Shown here: in pieces, positions 24,221 to 31,389 of the stretch
Position numbering within the stretch: position 1 is the first letter of the stretch
How the letters are laid out: every line of letters starts with the position of its first letter
From: a bacterium
Lineage (GTDB): Bacteria > Margulisbacteria > WOR-1 > O2-12-FULL-45-9 > XYB2-FULL-48-7
Length of the DNA: 31,389 nucleotides
Direction: 5' to 3'
Assembly: GCA_043812655.1 (NCBI GenBank)
Contig: JBDRLW010000005.1
Location: forward strand, 1-31,389
Program-made: the position numbers and the translations under genes
The notes under the pieces: model-generated
Database searches by the model: none
Seen by the model: the letters and a program-made list of their open reading frames with translations, nothing else
Told to the model about the DNA's origin: nothing

Positions 24221-25516
24221 CTAACGTTCGTATTTTAAGGCTTTCTTCCCGATATCCTTCCGATAATGCATTCCTTTAAAGTGAATTAAATTAACGGCTT
24301 GATATGCCTTAGCGATCGCGAACTTAATGTTTGCCCCTAATGCCGTTACTCCTAAAACTCTCCCACCAGCAGTGACAATTCGTCTTTCGTCTTTCGTCTC
24401 TCGTCCCTCGTTCCTCGTCCCGGCGTGAAAGACTTTCACATCGGCCAACTGATCGATCTTATCCAAGCCGTTTATTTCGATTCCCTTCTCATAATTCCCC
24501 GGATATCCACCAGCCGCCAAAACAACACAAACCGCGGCCCGTTCATCCCACTCGATAAATCGATCATCTAACTTGCCTTCAATGATCGCTTCAAAGATCG
24601 GGACAATATCGGATTTCAAGCGCATCATGATCGGCTGGGTTTCGGGGTCGCCAAACCGGGCATTGAATTCTAAAACCAGCGGGCCTTGTTTGGTCACCAT
24701 AACGCCGGCATAAATAACCCCTTTGTAATCGATCCCTTCGTTTTTCATCCCTTGGACAAATGGTTTTAGGACCTTGACATCAATTTCCGACATTAAGTGA
24801 TCGGTTACGACTGGCGCCGGCGAATACGCGCCCATGCCGCCAGTATTTGGCCCTTCATCTTTATCAAAAACCCGTTTGTGGTCTTGTGATGAAGCCAGCG
24901 GAATAATTGATCTGCCATCAGTAAACGCAATGATCGAAGCTTCCTCGCCGACCAAACATTCTTCAATAATTACTTTATCGCCCGCCGCGCCAAATTCCTT
25001 CTGCTCCATAATTAACTTAACGGCATCGATCGCTTCTTTTTTAGTTTTGGCGACGATCACGCCTTTACCGGCAGCCAACCCATCAGCCTTGACGACGATC
25101 GGCGCCCCCATCTGTTCAATATAAGCTAATGCGTCAGCTAACTTATCAAAGATGCCAGCTTTAGCTGTTGGAATATCATACTTGATCATAAATTCCTTAG
25201 AAAAAACCTTACTTCCTTCGATCCTGGCAGCTGCAGCTCTTGGCCCAAATATTTTTAAGCCGTTTTTTTCAAAGAGATCCGCGATCCCGGCCACCAGCGG
25301 GACTTCTGGGCCAACTACGATTAGATCGATCTTTTTTTCTTTAGCGAATTTAAGCAAACCATTAATATCTTCAGCTTTTAGCGCCACATTTTCGGCATAC
25401 TCCGCCGTCCCGGCATTTCCCGGCGCGCAATAAATTTTTTCCGCCAGAGGGCTTTGCGCGATCTTCCAGACTAACGCGTGTTCACGTCCACCCGAACCGA
25501 TCACTAATATTTTCAC
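24221..25516 (-). CDS. purD: Phosphoribosylamine--glycine ligase
   Basis: KILVIGSGGREHAL, GPEVPL, KADGLAAGKGV, QDHKR, GPNTGGMGAYSP, EFNARFGDPE. Likely start is GTG 25516 after GGAGGT. Confidence 0.98.
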   Translation of the reverse strand: MKILVIGSGGREHALVWKIAQSPLAEKIYCAPGNAGTAEYAENVALKAEDINGLLKFAKEKKIDLIVVGPEVPLVAGIADLFEKNGLKIFGPRAAAARIEGSKVFSKEFMIKYDIPTAKAGIFDKLADALAYIEQMGAPIVVKADGLAAGKGVIVAKTKKEAIDAVKLIMEQKEFGAAGDKVIIEECLVGEEASIIAFTDGRSIIPLASSQDHKRVFDKDEGPNTGGMGAYSPAPVVTDHLMSEIDVKVLKPFVQGMKNEGIDYKGVIYAGVMVTKQGPLVLEFNARFGDPETQPIMMRLKSDIVPIFEAIIEGKLDDRFIEWDERAAVCVVLAAGGYPGNYEKGIEINGLDKIDQLADVKVFHAGTRNEGRETKDERRIVTAGGRVLGVTALGANIKFAIAKAYQAVNLIHFKGMHYRKDIGKKALKYER

Positions 25517-25517
25517 T

Positions 25518-25952
25518 TTATACCTCCGTGACGGAACCTGCGAGTGAAACTCGCGGTTCCTTATATCGCTTATCAAATCCGAAACTATCTAATTGACCTT
25601 TTATTATATAATTTTTAACAACGGAAAGCCTGTCCGCTCCTATCTCTTCGGAATAATATGACCTTCCCCACAACTTACGATAAACAAATCTATTTGTGCG
25701 AAAAGCCCTAAAAAACTCCCGGGCAGATATCCCTTTTATCATTCTCATCACATAATCCACTCGGTGTTTTGGATCAAAGCCAACCAAACAATGCACGTGG
25801 TCAGCCAATATTTTACAAGTAATCAAGTTAAATCCTTTGTCCACCGAAATATTATCAAAAGACTTATATAAGAACCCAACTGATTCTGAATCAATTAAAA
25901 TATGTTTTCCTTTATAAGTCCTAAAAACAAAATGATAAACAACTTCATTCAT
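25518..25952 (-). CDS. tnpA: IS200/IS605-type Y1 HUH transposase
   Basis: YHFVFRT, DHVH (HUH), IKGISAR, LWGRSYY, catalytic Tyr in KNYIIKGQ. No tnpB adjacent. Confidence 0.9.
   Translation of the reverse strand: MNEVVYHFVFRTYKGKHILIDSESVGFLYKSFDNISVDKGFNLITCKILADHVHCLVGFDPKHRVDYVMRMIKGISAREFFRAFRTNRFVYRKLWGRSYYSEEIGADRLSVVKNYIIKGQLDSFGFDKRYKEPRVSLAGSVTEV
25533..25560 (+). repeat. Bulged-T hairpin copy 3, in the tnpA 3' end
   Basis: GGAACC-T-GCGAGT-gaa-ACTCGC-GGTTCC. Confidence 0.9.
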
Positions 25953-25965
25953 ATAATTATTTCCG

Positions 25966-26032
25966 GGAACCTGCGAGTAAAACTCGCGGTTCCTGATCTT
26001 TCAAACGGAACCGAGACTTTCAGTCTCAGGTT
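25966..26032. repeat. Inverted doublet of bulged-T hairpins (copies 4 and 5) upstream of tnpA
   Basis: GGAACC-T-GCGAGT-aaa-ACTCGC-GGTTCC (+, 25966-25993) and AACC-T-GAGACT-gaa-AGTCTC-GGTT (-, 26009-26032). Confidence 0.9.
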
Positions 26033-26040
26033 GTAGAAAC

Positions 26041-27753
26041 TTATTCCTCTCTTATATCAACCAGAGATAACTGGGCCGTTTCAAATCCATTAAACTCGTT
26101 GCTTTCCAGCTTATAAGCGATCGAATATTTTTTCTGATAGTTAAAACTCTCGGCTATATGGCCCAGGCCAAAAGCGATCGTTTCCAGCCTCACCCCGTCC
26201 CGGGTAAACCAGGCTTTGAGATGCTGTCCCTCTTTACCGACTTTTTTATAGTCAGCCAACCGCAACCCTTCAGTCACAAAAACCGGTTGCTGGTTCCCTT
26301 CACCATACGGGGCTAAAACATCAAGCTCTTTGACCAGCCCTAAGGTGATTTCGGCCGGCTCTATTTTAGCATCGATCGATATTTTCGGCACCATATCTTC
26401 GGGCGTGATCGTTTTGTCCGCCTGCTCTTTGATCCGCGCCTGTAAAACCGGAATATTTTCTATCGTAATCGCAAAGCCGGCCGCCCCTTCATGCCCGCCA
26501 AAATCAAGGAACAGGTCCTGGTTTTGCGCCAAGATCTCATAAATGTTAAAACCGTTAAATGACCTGGCCGACCCGCGACCAACCCCCTCGCCGATCCCTA
26601 TTAATATAGTAGGGCGAAACCTGGTTTCAGCCACTTTGGAGGCAACAATGCCGATCACCCCGGAATGCCAATTGGCACCAGCTAAAACAATGACTTTATT
26701 TTCTGCCACGTAGTTATCATCGATCAGGGCAAAAACTTCTTCCTTGATCGCTGTCCCGATATCCTGGCGCCTAGAATTTATCCGGCTAAGTTCCTGGGCT
26801 AGGCTTTTGGCAACAATCGGGTCATCGGTTAAAAACAAATCGACCGATTTAGAAGCATGTTCAAGCCGCCCGGCGGCATTGATCCGCGGCGCCAGGCCAA
26901 AGTGGACTTGATTGATCGATATTTTGCCGTTGATCCCAGCCGCGTCTGCTAAATAGCGCAAGCCAAGGCGTTTTTTTTCTGCTAATTGGCTTAAACCGTG
27001 GACCGCCAAAATCCGGTTCTCGGCTGTGAGCGGGACAACATCGGCGAATGTCCCTAGCGCCACCAGATCAAGGAGCGACATTAAAAAGGCACTCTCTCTA
27101 ATGCCAGCCGTCCGCAGCAGCGCCCAAACAAATTTAAACGCCACTCCCACTCCCGCTAAATTTCGTGATGGATGACCGGCCGGCAATTGTTTGGGATTAA
27201 CAATGGCAAAAGCTACCGGTAGTTTTTCCGGCAAGTTATGGTGATCGGTAATAACAACTTCCATCCCCAATGAATTGGCCAAAGTTATTTCTTTGGCCGC
27301 CGAGATGCCGCAATCAACCGTAATAATTAAATTGGTTCCCTTCGCCGCGATCTTTTTAACCGCGTCAACCGATAAACTATAGCCTTCATCATAGCGATGG
27401 GGAATATAATATTCCGCTTTTATTCCGATTTGCTCCAGCGTTTTAACCAGGAGCGTTGTCCCAGTTACGCCATCCACGTCATAATCGCCATAAACTAAAA
27501 CTTTTTCGCCCCGCTCTTTCGCCAATAAAACGCGCCGCGCCGCTTTTTCTATGTCGGGGATTTCAAAAGGATCATTCAAATAATTAAGTTTAGGGTCGAG
27601 GAATTTATCGACATCATTTATGCCACGATTAAGCAGTATCTGCGCTAAGAGCGGCCGGAGATTAAATTGGGTAGCAACCTTTTCCGATTCTACTGTTTTA
27701 TTTACATAATAATTCCAAGTTTTCATATGTTTTTTCTGTTTGGTCATGCTCAT
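26041..27753 (-). CDS. recJ: Single-stranded-DNA-specific exonuclease RecJ
   Basis: YGDYDVDG, TVDCG, TDHH, PRINAAGRL, GSARS, FGGH..AAG. Start may be a few codons downstream. Confidence 0.97.
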   Translation of the reverse strand: MSMTKQKKHMKTWNYYVNKTVESEKVATQFNLRPLLAQILLNRGINDVDKFLDPKLNYLNDPFEIPDIEKAARRVLLAKERGEKVLVYGDYDVDGVTGTTLLVKTLEQIGIKAEYYIPHRYDEGYSLSVDAVKKIAAKGTNLIITVDCGISAAKEITLANSLGMEVVITDHHNLPEKLPVAFAIVNPKQLPAGHPSRNLAGVGVAFKFVWALLRTAGIRESAFLMSLLDLVALGTFADVVPLTAENRILAVHGLSQLAEKKRLGLRYLADAAGINGKISINQVHFGLAPRINAAGRLEHASKSVDLFLTDDPIVAKSLAQELSRINSRRQDIGTAIKEEVFALIDDNYVAENKVIVLAGANWHSGVIGIVASKVAETRFRPTILIGIGEGVGRGSARSFNGFNIYEILAQNQDLFLDFGGHEGAAGFAITIENIPVLQARIKEQADKTITPEDMVPKISIDAKIEPAEITLGLVKELDVLAPYGEGNQQPVFVTEGLRLADYKKVGKEGQHLKAWFTRDGVRLETIAFGLGHIAESFNYQKKYSIAYKLESNEFNGFETAQLSLVDIREE

Positions 27754-27771
27754 TATTTCATTATTCTAAAT

Positions 27772-27834
27772 GTAGGGCAAGGGCTTGTCCCTTGCCCTCA
27801 AGCCATAAGGGCAACGGATAAACCGTTGCCCTAC
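27772..27834. repeat. Inverted doublet of GTAG-type REPs (REPIN/BIME-like)
   Basis: GTAG-GGCAAGGG-cttgt-CCCTTGCC ... GGCAACGG-ataaa-CCGTTGCC-CTAC. Confidence 0.85.
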
Positions 27835-27860
27835 ACATTAATAATATAAATAACTTGCGA

Positions 27861-27890
27861 GGAAACCGCGAAGTTCATTCGCAGGTTTCC
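27861..27890 (-). repeat. Bulged-T hairpin copy 6
   Basis: Reverse complement GGAAACC-T-GCGAA-tgaac-TTCGC-GGTTTCC. The 24-nt core is identical to copy 1. Confidence 0.88.
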
Positions 27891-27966
27891 GAGCACGACA
27901 GAACCCTGGGATGAGGGTAAAAGAGTTTCTAGGCCTATTTTAGCAAAGATGTCTTTTAAAACCTAA

Positions 27967-29088
27967 TTAATGCACTAGTTTCGCTTTTTTCTTGACCCAC
28001 TCGGCTCTTTTATTATCAAGCTCCTCCGCTTTTTGCGCCATGGAGGTTAAATATTCCGGCGTCACGATGTGCGGGGTAATAAGCACCATGATCTCCCGCT
28101 TTTCTGTTGTTAGTTCCGTCCGCCGGAAGAGCATGCCGATAAAAGGGATCGAAGCTAAGCCCGGTACGCCAATCTCTACTTCACTATTATAATTTTTTGT
28201 TAAGCCGCCGATAACGATCGATTGCCCGTCCTTAACCAAAACCTTGTTCCTTGTTTCGGTCGTATTTTCTGTCGGCACCCCGGTACTTGACAATGAACCA
28301 TCACTGACCGAAGGATAGATATCCATGACGATAAAACCATCATCACTGATATGTGGCGTAAAGTTTAATTTAGTACCGACTTCAAGAAAGCTGATATTTT
28401 GGGCGGTGCCGGTGGAGGAAGTAAAAGTAGTCAAATAGCCGATCTTCTGGCCGATCAAGATCGAGGCTGGTTCATTATTTAGCGCCGTGATCCAAGGCGA
28501 AGCGACCAGGTCATAACCAACGGTTTTTTCCATCGCTTCAAGATAGGCTTGGGTATTGCCGGATAAAAGCTGGGCGTAAAGGCCAAGAGAACTGGCCGCG
28601 GCCGTGGAAGTATCCGTCAATAACTGGACAGAATTATTGCTATTTTTGGTATATTTCCAGCTGGCGCCCATGACCGAGGGATTGGCGGTATCGCCGCTGC
28701 CGCTCTTAAGTTCAATGATCTTTGCCTCGACCTGCACCTGGAGCGGCGCTTTATCTAGTTTTTTTATCGACTCCGCCATCCGTTTTATTGTCTTATCCGA
28801 AGCCCGGACGATTATAGCGTTCAGTTTTTCATTAACGGCCACGACTTCCCCGTTCCCAAGTATCTCGTTAAAAGAGGCTGACATATCTTTGGCGTTAGCG
28901 TAATTCAGCATAAAGGTTTGCATGGGAAAGGAAGCCGAGGCTGTTTTAGTTTGGACCTCGATATTGGCTCCCTTTTTCGCGGCGCCGCTAGCCGCCTCCT
29001 CTTTAGTCATTAAAAAAAGAGCTTCTCCCCCGCTTGACAAGATAAAAACCAGAACCAAAACAACTAGTACCGCCAGACTTTTTTTCAT
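27967..29088 (-). CDS. Short secretin (PilQ/GspD family)
   Basis: LNYANAKD...NAIIVRA (N3 domain), QVQVEAKIIE, GTKLNFTPHI, VKDGQSIVIGGL, VPGLASIPFIGMLFR, VLITPHIV. Confidence 0.92.
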   Translation of the reverse strand: MKKSLAVLVVLVLVFILSSGGEALFLMTKEEAASGAAKKGANIEVQTKTASASFPMQTFMLNYANAKDMSASFNEILGNGEVVAVNEKLNAIIVRASDKTIKRMAESIKKLDKAPLQVQVEAKIIELKSGSGDTANPSVMGASWKYTKNSNNSVQLLTDTSTAAASSLGLYAQLLSGNTQAYLEAMEKTVGYDLVASPWITALNNEPASILIGQKIGYLTTFTSSTGTAQNISFLEVGTKLNFTPHISDDGFIVMDIYPSVSDGSLSSTGVPTENTTETRNKVLVKDGQSIVIGGLTKNYNSEVEIGVPGLASIPFIGMLFRRTELTTEKREIMVLITPHIVTPEYLTSMAQKAEELDNKRAEWVKKKAKLVH

Positions 29089-29101
29089 TATTTTTCCCTC
29101 C

Positions 29102-29566
29102 TTATAGATATCCGCTCAAGACGCGCATCGTAACGTTTAAATGTCCTCCTTGCTGGCTGATCACCACATTATCAAAAACGGCCAGGGTCTCTATTTCATC
29201 GATCAAATTCAATAACTCCAGCAGTTGGGCATAGGTCGCACTGAATTTTAAATCGATCGTTATCTTATTGTTTTCGGAAACCTGGTTAATGGCCACCAGG
29301 TTGACTTTTAATTGCCGGAATTTTTGGTCGATAAAATTAACCAGTTCGGAGACCTGTTCTTCCTTATTTTTGACATTTATTTTTTCCCTTTCACTGTAAT
29401 TAACGTTCCTATTCCGTATCAATTGACGTTCCAACCCTTCATTGGCCGCTTGCAAGCGGCTGATCTTGGCCAAGGTCGGATCAAAAAGGAAATACCAATA
29501 AAGCAATAATATCAGGGAGCAAAGAGTGATAAACAACAACTTCCGTTCACTGGCTGTAAGTTTCAA
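29102..29566 (-). CDS. PilO/GspM-like inner-membrane platform protein
   Basis: LTASERKLL, TM helix, coiled coil, ferredoxin-like ATYAQLLELL. Lies between PilMN and the secretin. Confidence 0.7.
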   Translation of the reverse strand: MKLTASERKLLFITLCSLILLLYWYFLFDPTLAKISRLQAANEGLERQLIRNRNVNYSEREKINVKNKEEQVSELVNFIDQKFRQLKVNLVAINQVSENNKITIDLKFSATYAQLLELLNLIDEIETLAVFDNVVISQQGGHLNVTMRVLSGYL

Positions 29567-31131
29567 AATTTTTCTCCTTGGAGCAGGGTCGTTTTGATTT
29601 CAAATTCATAAGTTGGAACAGAAAAACGGTCGGTTTCACGCAGGTAGTTCAGGTCTATCCCGGTAAAAAGCTTGTCCGCTCGGAGTTCGTTGATGAACTG
29701 GTTCACTAGCTGGCTTTGCTGGCCTTTGACCACCACACCTTTTGCGGTCATGGAGTTCGTTCTACGGTCGTAAATAAGTTCGACTAGCGAAACCTCCGAC
29801 GGTGTTAAGCGGTCCAGTTTTTCCATCAGCAAAACAAAGCGGTCGGGCTGTTCTTTGGTTATCCCCATGACCCTGACCGCTTCAGCCAAACCGGGGTTCG
29901 CCTGTAACTGGTTCTTGTTTTTTTCTCTTTGCTGGATAAGCTTGCGGTTTAGCCCTGCCTGGTGTTTTTCTAGCTCTCCCGCTTGGCTGGCAAAATAAAC
30001 AAAAACCGCCGCTAAAAGCAATAAATAGACGATCGAAATAGAAGTGTAATTTATCAAGCGGGAAATAAAATATTTGATCGGGTGTTTATAACGGCTAGGG
30101 AAAAGGCTGATCTCTTTTTTTCCAGTTTTCGCCGCGCCGATAGCTTTAGCTAAAACCGCAACATTGATCTTGCCGCTTTTCGCCGGGGACTCTAGCGGTA
30201 AAATATCCAATTGCAAGCTTTGCTTAAAATATTCAACAAAATCGATGATCATGGTGGCTTCACCGGTAAAATATGAGCGGGAAAATTCGGTCTGGTCGCC
30301 GGTTTTCTCTTTATAATAATCAAAGGTCCGCAGGATCTCGGCTCCCATTTTTTCCAGGACCGGCCGGATGCGGGCAATGATCACGTCCCCCGGCAAGCCA
30401 ACCGCTTGGCTATAGTTCTCAAGGCCCAAGGGTATGCCAAAATTCTGGATGATCTCCCTGGCCTTCTCCTGGTCGATCTCGAGCTTATCCCCCGTTTGGG
30501 CGACAACCCCAACCATCGATTGGACCAACTCTTCCGTCCCGACCTTAACTTCCCTGACAAACACCACTTTAGCCTCTTTGACCAAAACAATATTGGTGAC
30601 ATATTTATTAAAATAAATTATCGAGTAAGCTCCTTGCTTAGTTTCGGGAGAAAGATTTTTTAGCGCCACCGCGCCGGGGATGATCTCAGCTGGAGAGAGG
30701 CCGGCTTTGCGCAAAGCGCCATACAGTTCGGTAAACCGTTTTTTGGGGATCGCGACCACCAGATACCACTCTTTATTATTGATCTGCGTTATTGGGATCT
30801 TATTAAAGCTAAAATCAGCTTCTTCCACCGGATATGGCAAGAGTATACCTAATTTATACTTGAGCGCTTCGGCTTTTTCCTTCTCCGCCATGGGAGGTAG
30901 ATCGATCACAAAATAGGCGATGTCGTGTCCGGAAATGGCTACGTTGGCCAAACGAACCTTAGCTAAACTTTTCTTTATCACCGACTGGATAGATTTAACT
31001 AGGTTGGCGCTTAATTCTGGCGGCGGAAAATATTCGATGACCTGGTTAGCGGTTTCACCCGAGGCAAACACCTCTACCAGCTTTATCGATTCATCATCAA
31101 GATCGATACCTAAAATGCTTTTTTTTGCCAT
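29563..31131 (-). CDS. PilM-PilN fusion (GspL-like architecture)
   Basis: Actin-like LGIDLD...IKLVE, EILRTFDYY, FTGE, AIGAA, then a TM helix and a PilN-like periplasmic domain. Confidence 0.8.
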   Translation of the reverse strand: MAKKSILGIDLDDESIKLVEVFASGETANQVIEYFPPPELSANLVKSIQSVIKKSLAKVRLANVAISGHDIAYFVIDLPPMAEKEKAEALKYKLGILLPYPVEEADFSFNKIPITQINNKEWYLVVAIPKKRFTELYGALRKAGLSPAEIIPGAVALKNLSPETKQGAYSIIYFNKYVTNIVLVKEAKVVFVREVKVGTEELVQSMVGVVAQTGDKLEIDQEKAREIIQNFGIPLGLENYSQAVGLPGDVIIARIRPVLEKMGAEILRTFDYYKEKTGDQTEFSRSYFTGEATMIIDFVEYFKQSLQLDILPLESPAKSGKINVAVLAKAIGAAKTGKKEISLFPSRYKHPIKYFISRLINYTSISIVYLLLLAAVFVYFASQAGELEKHQAGLNRKLIQQREKNKNQLQANPGLAEAVRVMGITKEQPDRFVLLMEKLDRLTPSEVSLVELIYDRRTNSMTAKGVVVKGQQSQLVNQFINELRADKLFTGIDLNYLRETDRFSVPTYEFEIKTTLLQGEKF

Positions 31132-31202
31132 TAATCTTTGCTAATTCCTTTGCCTAACGCTTAAAGTTTACACCAGCCAAAATATCGTTGCAAGCGTCTA
31201 AT

Positions 31203-31230
31203 TTGACAAAACACGCCGGGGTGTTAAAAT
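31203..31230 (+). promoter_or_regulatory. sigma70-type promoter, probably leaderless
   Basis: TTGACA-16 nt-TAAAAT with extended -10 TG, 7 nt before ATG 31238, no SD. Confidence 0.6.
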
Positions 31231-31237
31231 TCCTATC

Positions 31238-31389
31238 ATGAAGAACCGGCGAGGCATGCTCCTAATTTCCCTGACCATGATCATGGTCTTGGTCTCGCTA
31301 GTGATCTATACCACCGTTTCTTTCCTCGGCCAGAACATAAAGTTCAATGTCATCCGCTACAACAAACACCAGGCGCTGATGGCCGCCCA
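31238..31389 (+). CDS. PilX/GspK-like minor (pseudo)pilin, 5' fragment
   Basis: MKNRRG|MLLISLTMIMVLVSLVIY...HQALMAA: class III signal peptide without Glu5. Confidence 0.65.
   Translation, partial: MKNRRGMLLISLTMIMVLVSLVIYTTVSFLGQNIKFNVIRYNKHQALMAA

Noticed and set aside
25517..25576. N-terminal extension of PurD given by the ORF track
   Set aside because: It overlaps tnpA and a hairpin. GTG 25516 with an SD matches the conserved PurD start.
25518..26040. IS605/TnpB (OMEGA) system
   Set aside because: No tnpB or iscB ORF next to tnpA; the neighbours are recJ and purD.
24135..27890. CRISPR array interpretation of the 24-nt hairpins
   Set aside because: Copies are in mixed orientation, separated by whole genes, with no regular spacers and no cas genes.

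Overview
Bacterial chromosomal segment from a diderm organism (outer-membrane barrels, secretin). Most genes are housekeeping genes on the minus strand. Left to right: a partial large Ig-repeat surface protein; tsaC; a proS-purF2-purF-(Zn ribbon)-purM-purN-purH-OMP operon; a DUF481 barrel; an orphan 3-repeat protein; a Lys-rich beta-barrel protein; an hss-ornithine decarboxylase-ygiQ operon; tRNA-Arg(TCG); a 4.6-kb defence cassette (Vsr, type II REase, C5 MTase, OLD ATPase-TOPRIM nuclease); rdgB; purD; an IS200-type Y1 transposase; recJ; and a type IV pilus/T2SS cluster. The most unusual features are non-coding. (1) The defence cassette has no integrase or transposase but is delimited by inverted 13-8-13 bp sites with an outward-facing promoter. 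(2) Six copies of a 24-nt hairpin with a conserved bulged T flank the IS200-type tnpA and are scattered REP-like around purD and recJ. (3) About ten heptanucleotide tandem tracts invade coding starts and enzyme loops. (4) CGATCG (the HIP1 core) looks strongly over-represented in resident genes and absent from the foreign-looking ones. All calls come from reading motifs by eye, without database searches.
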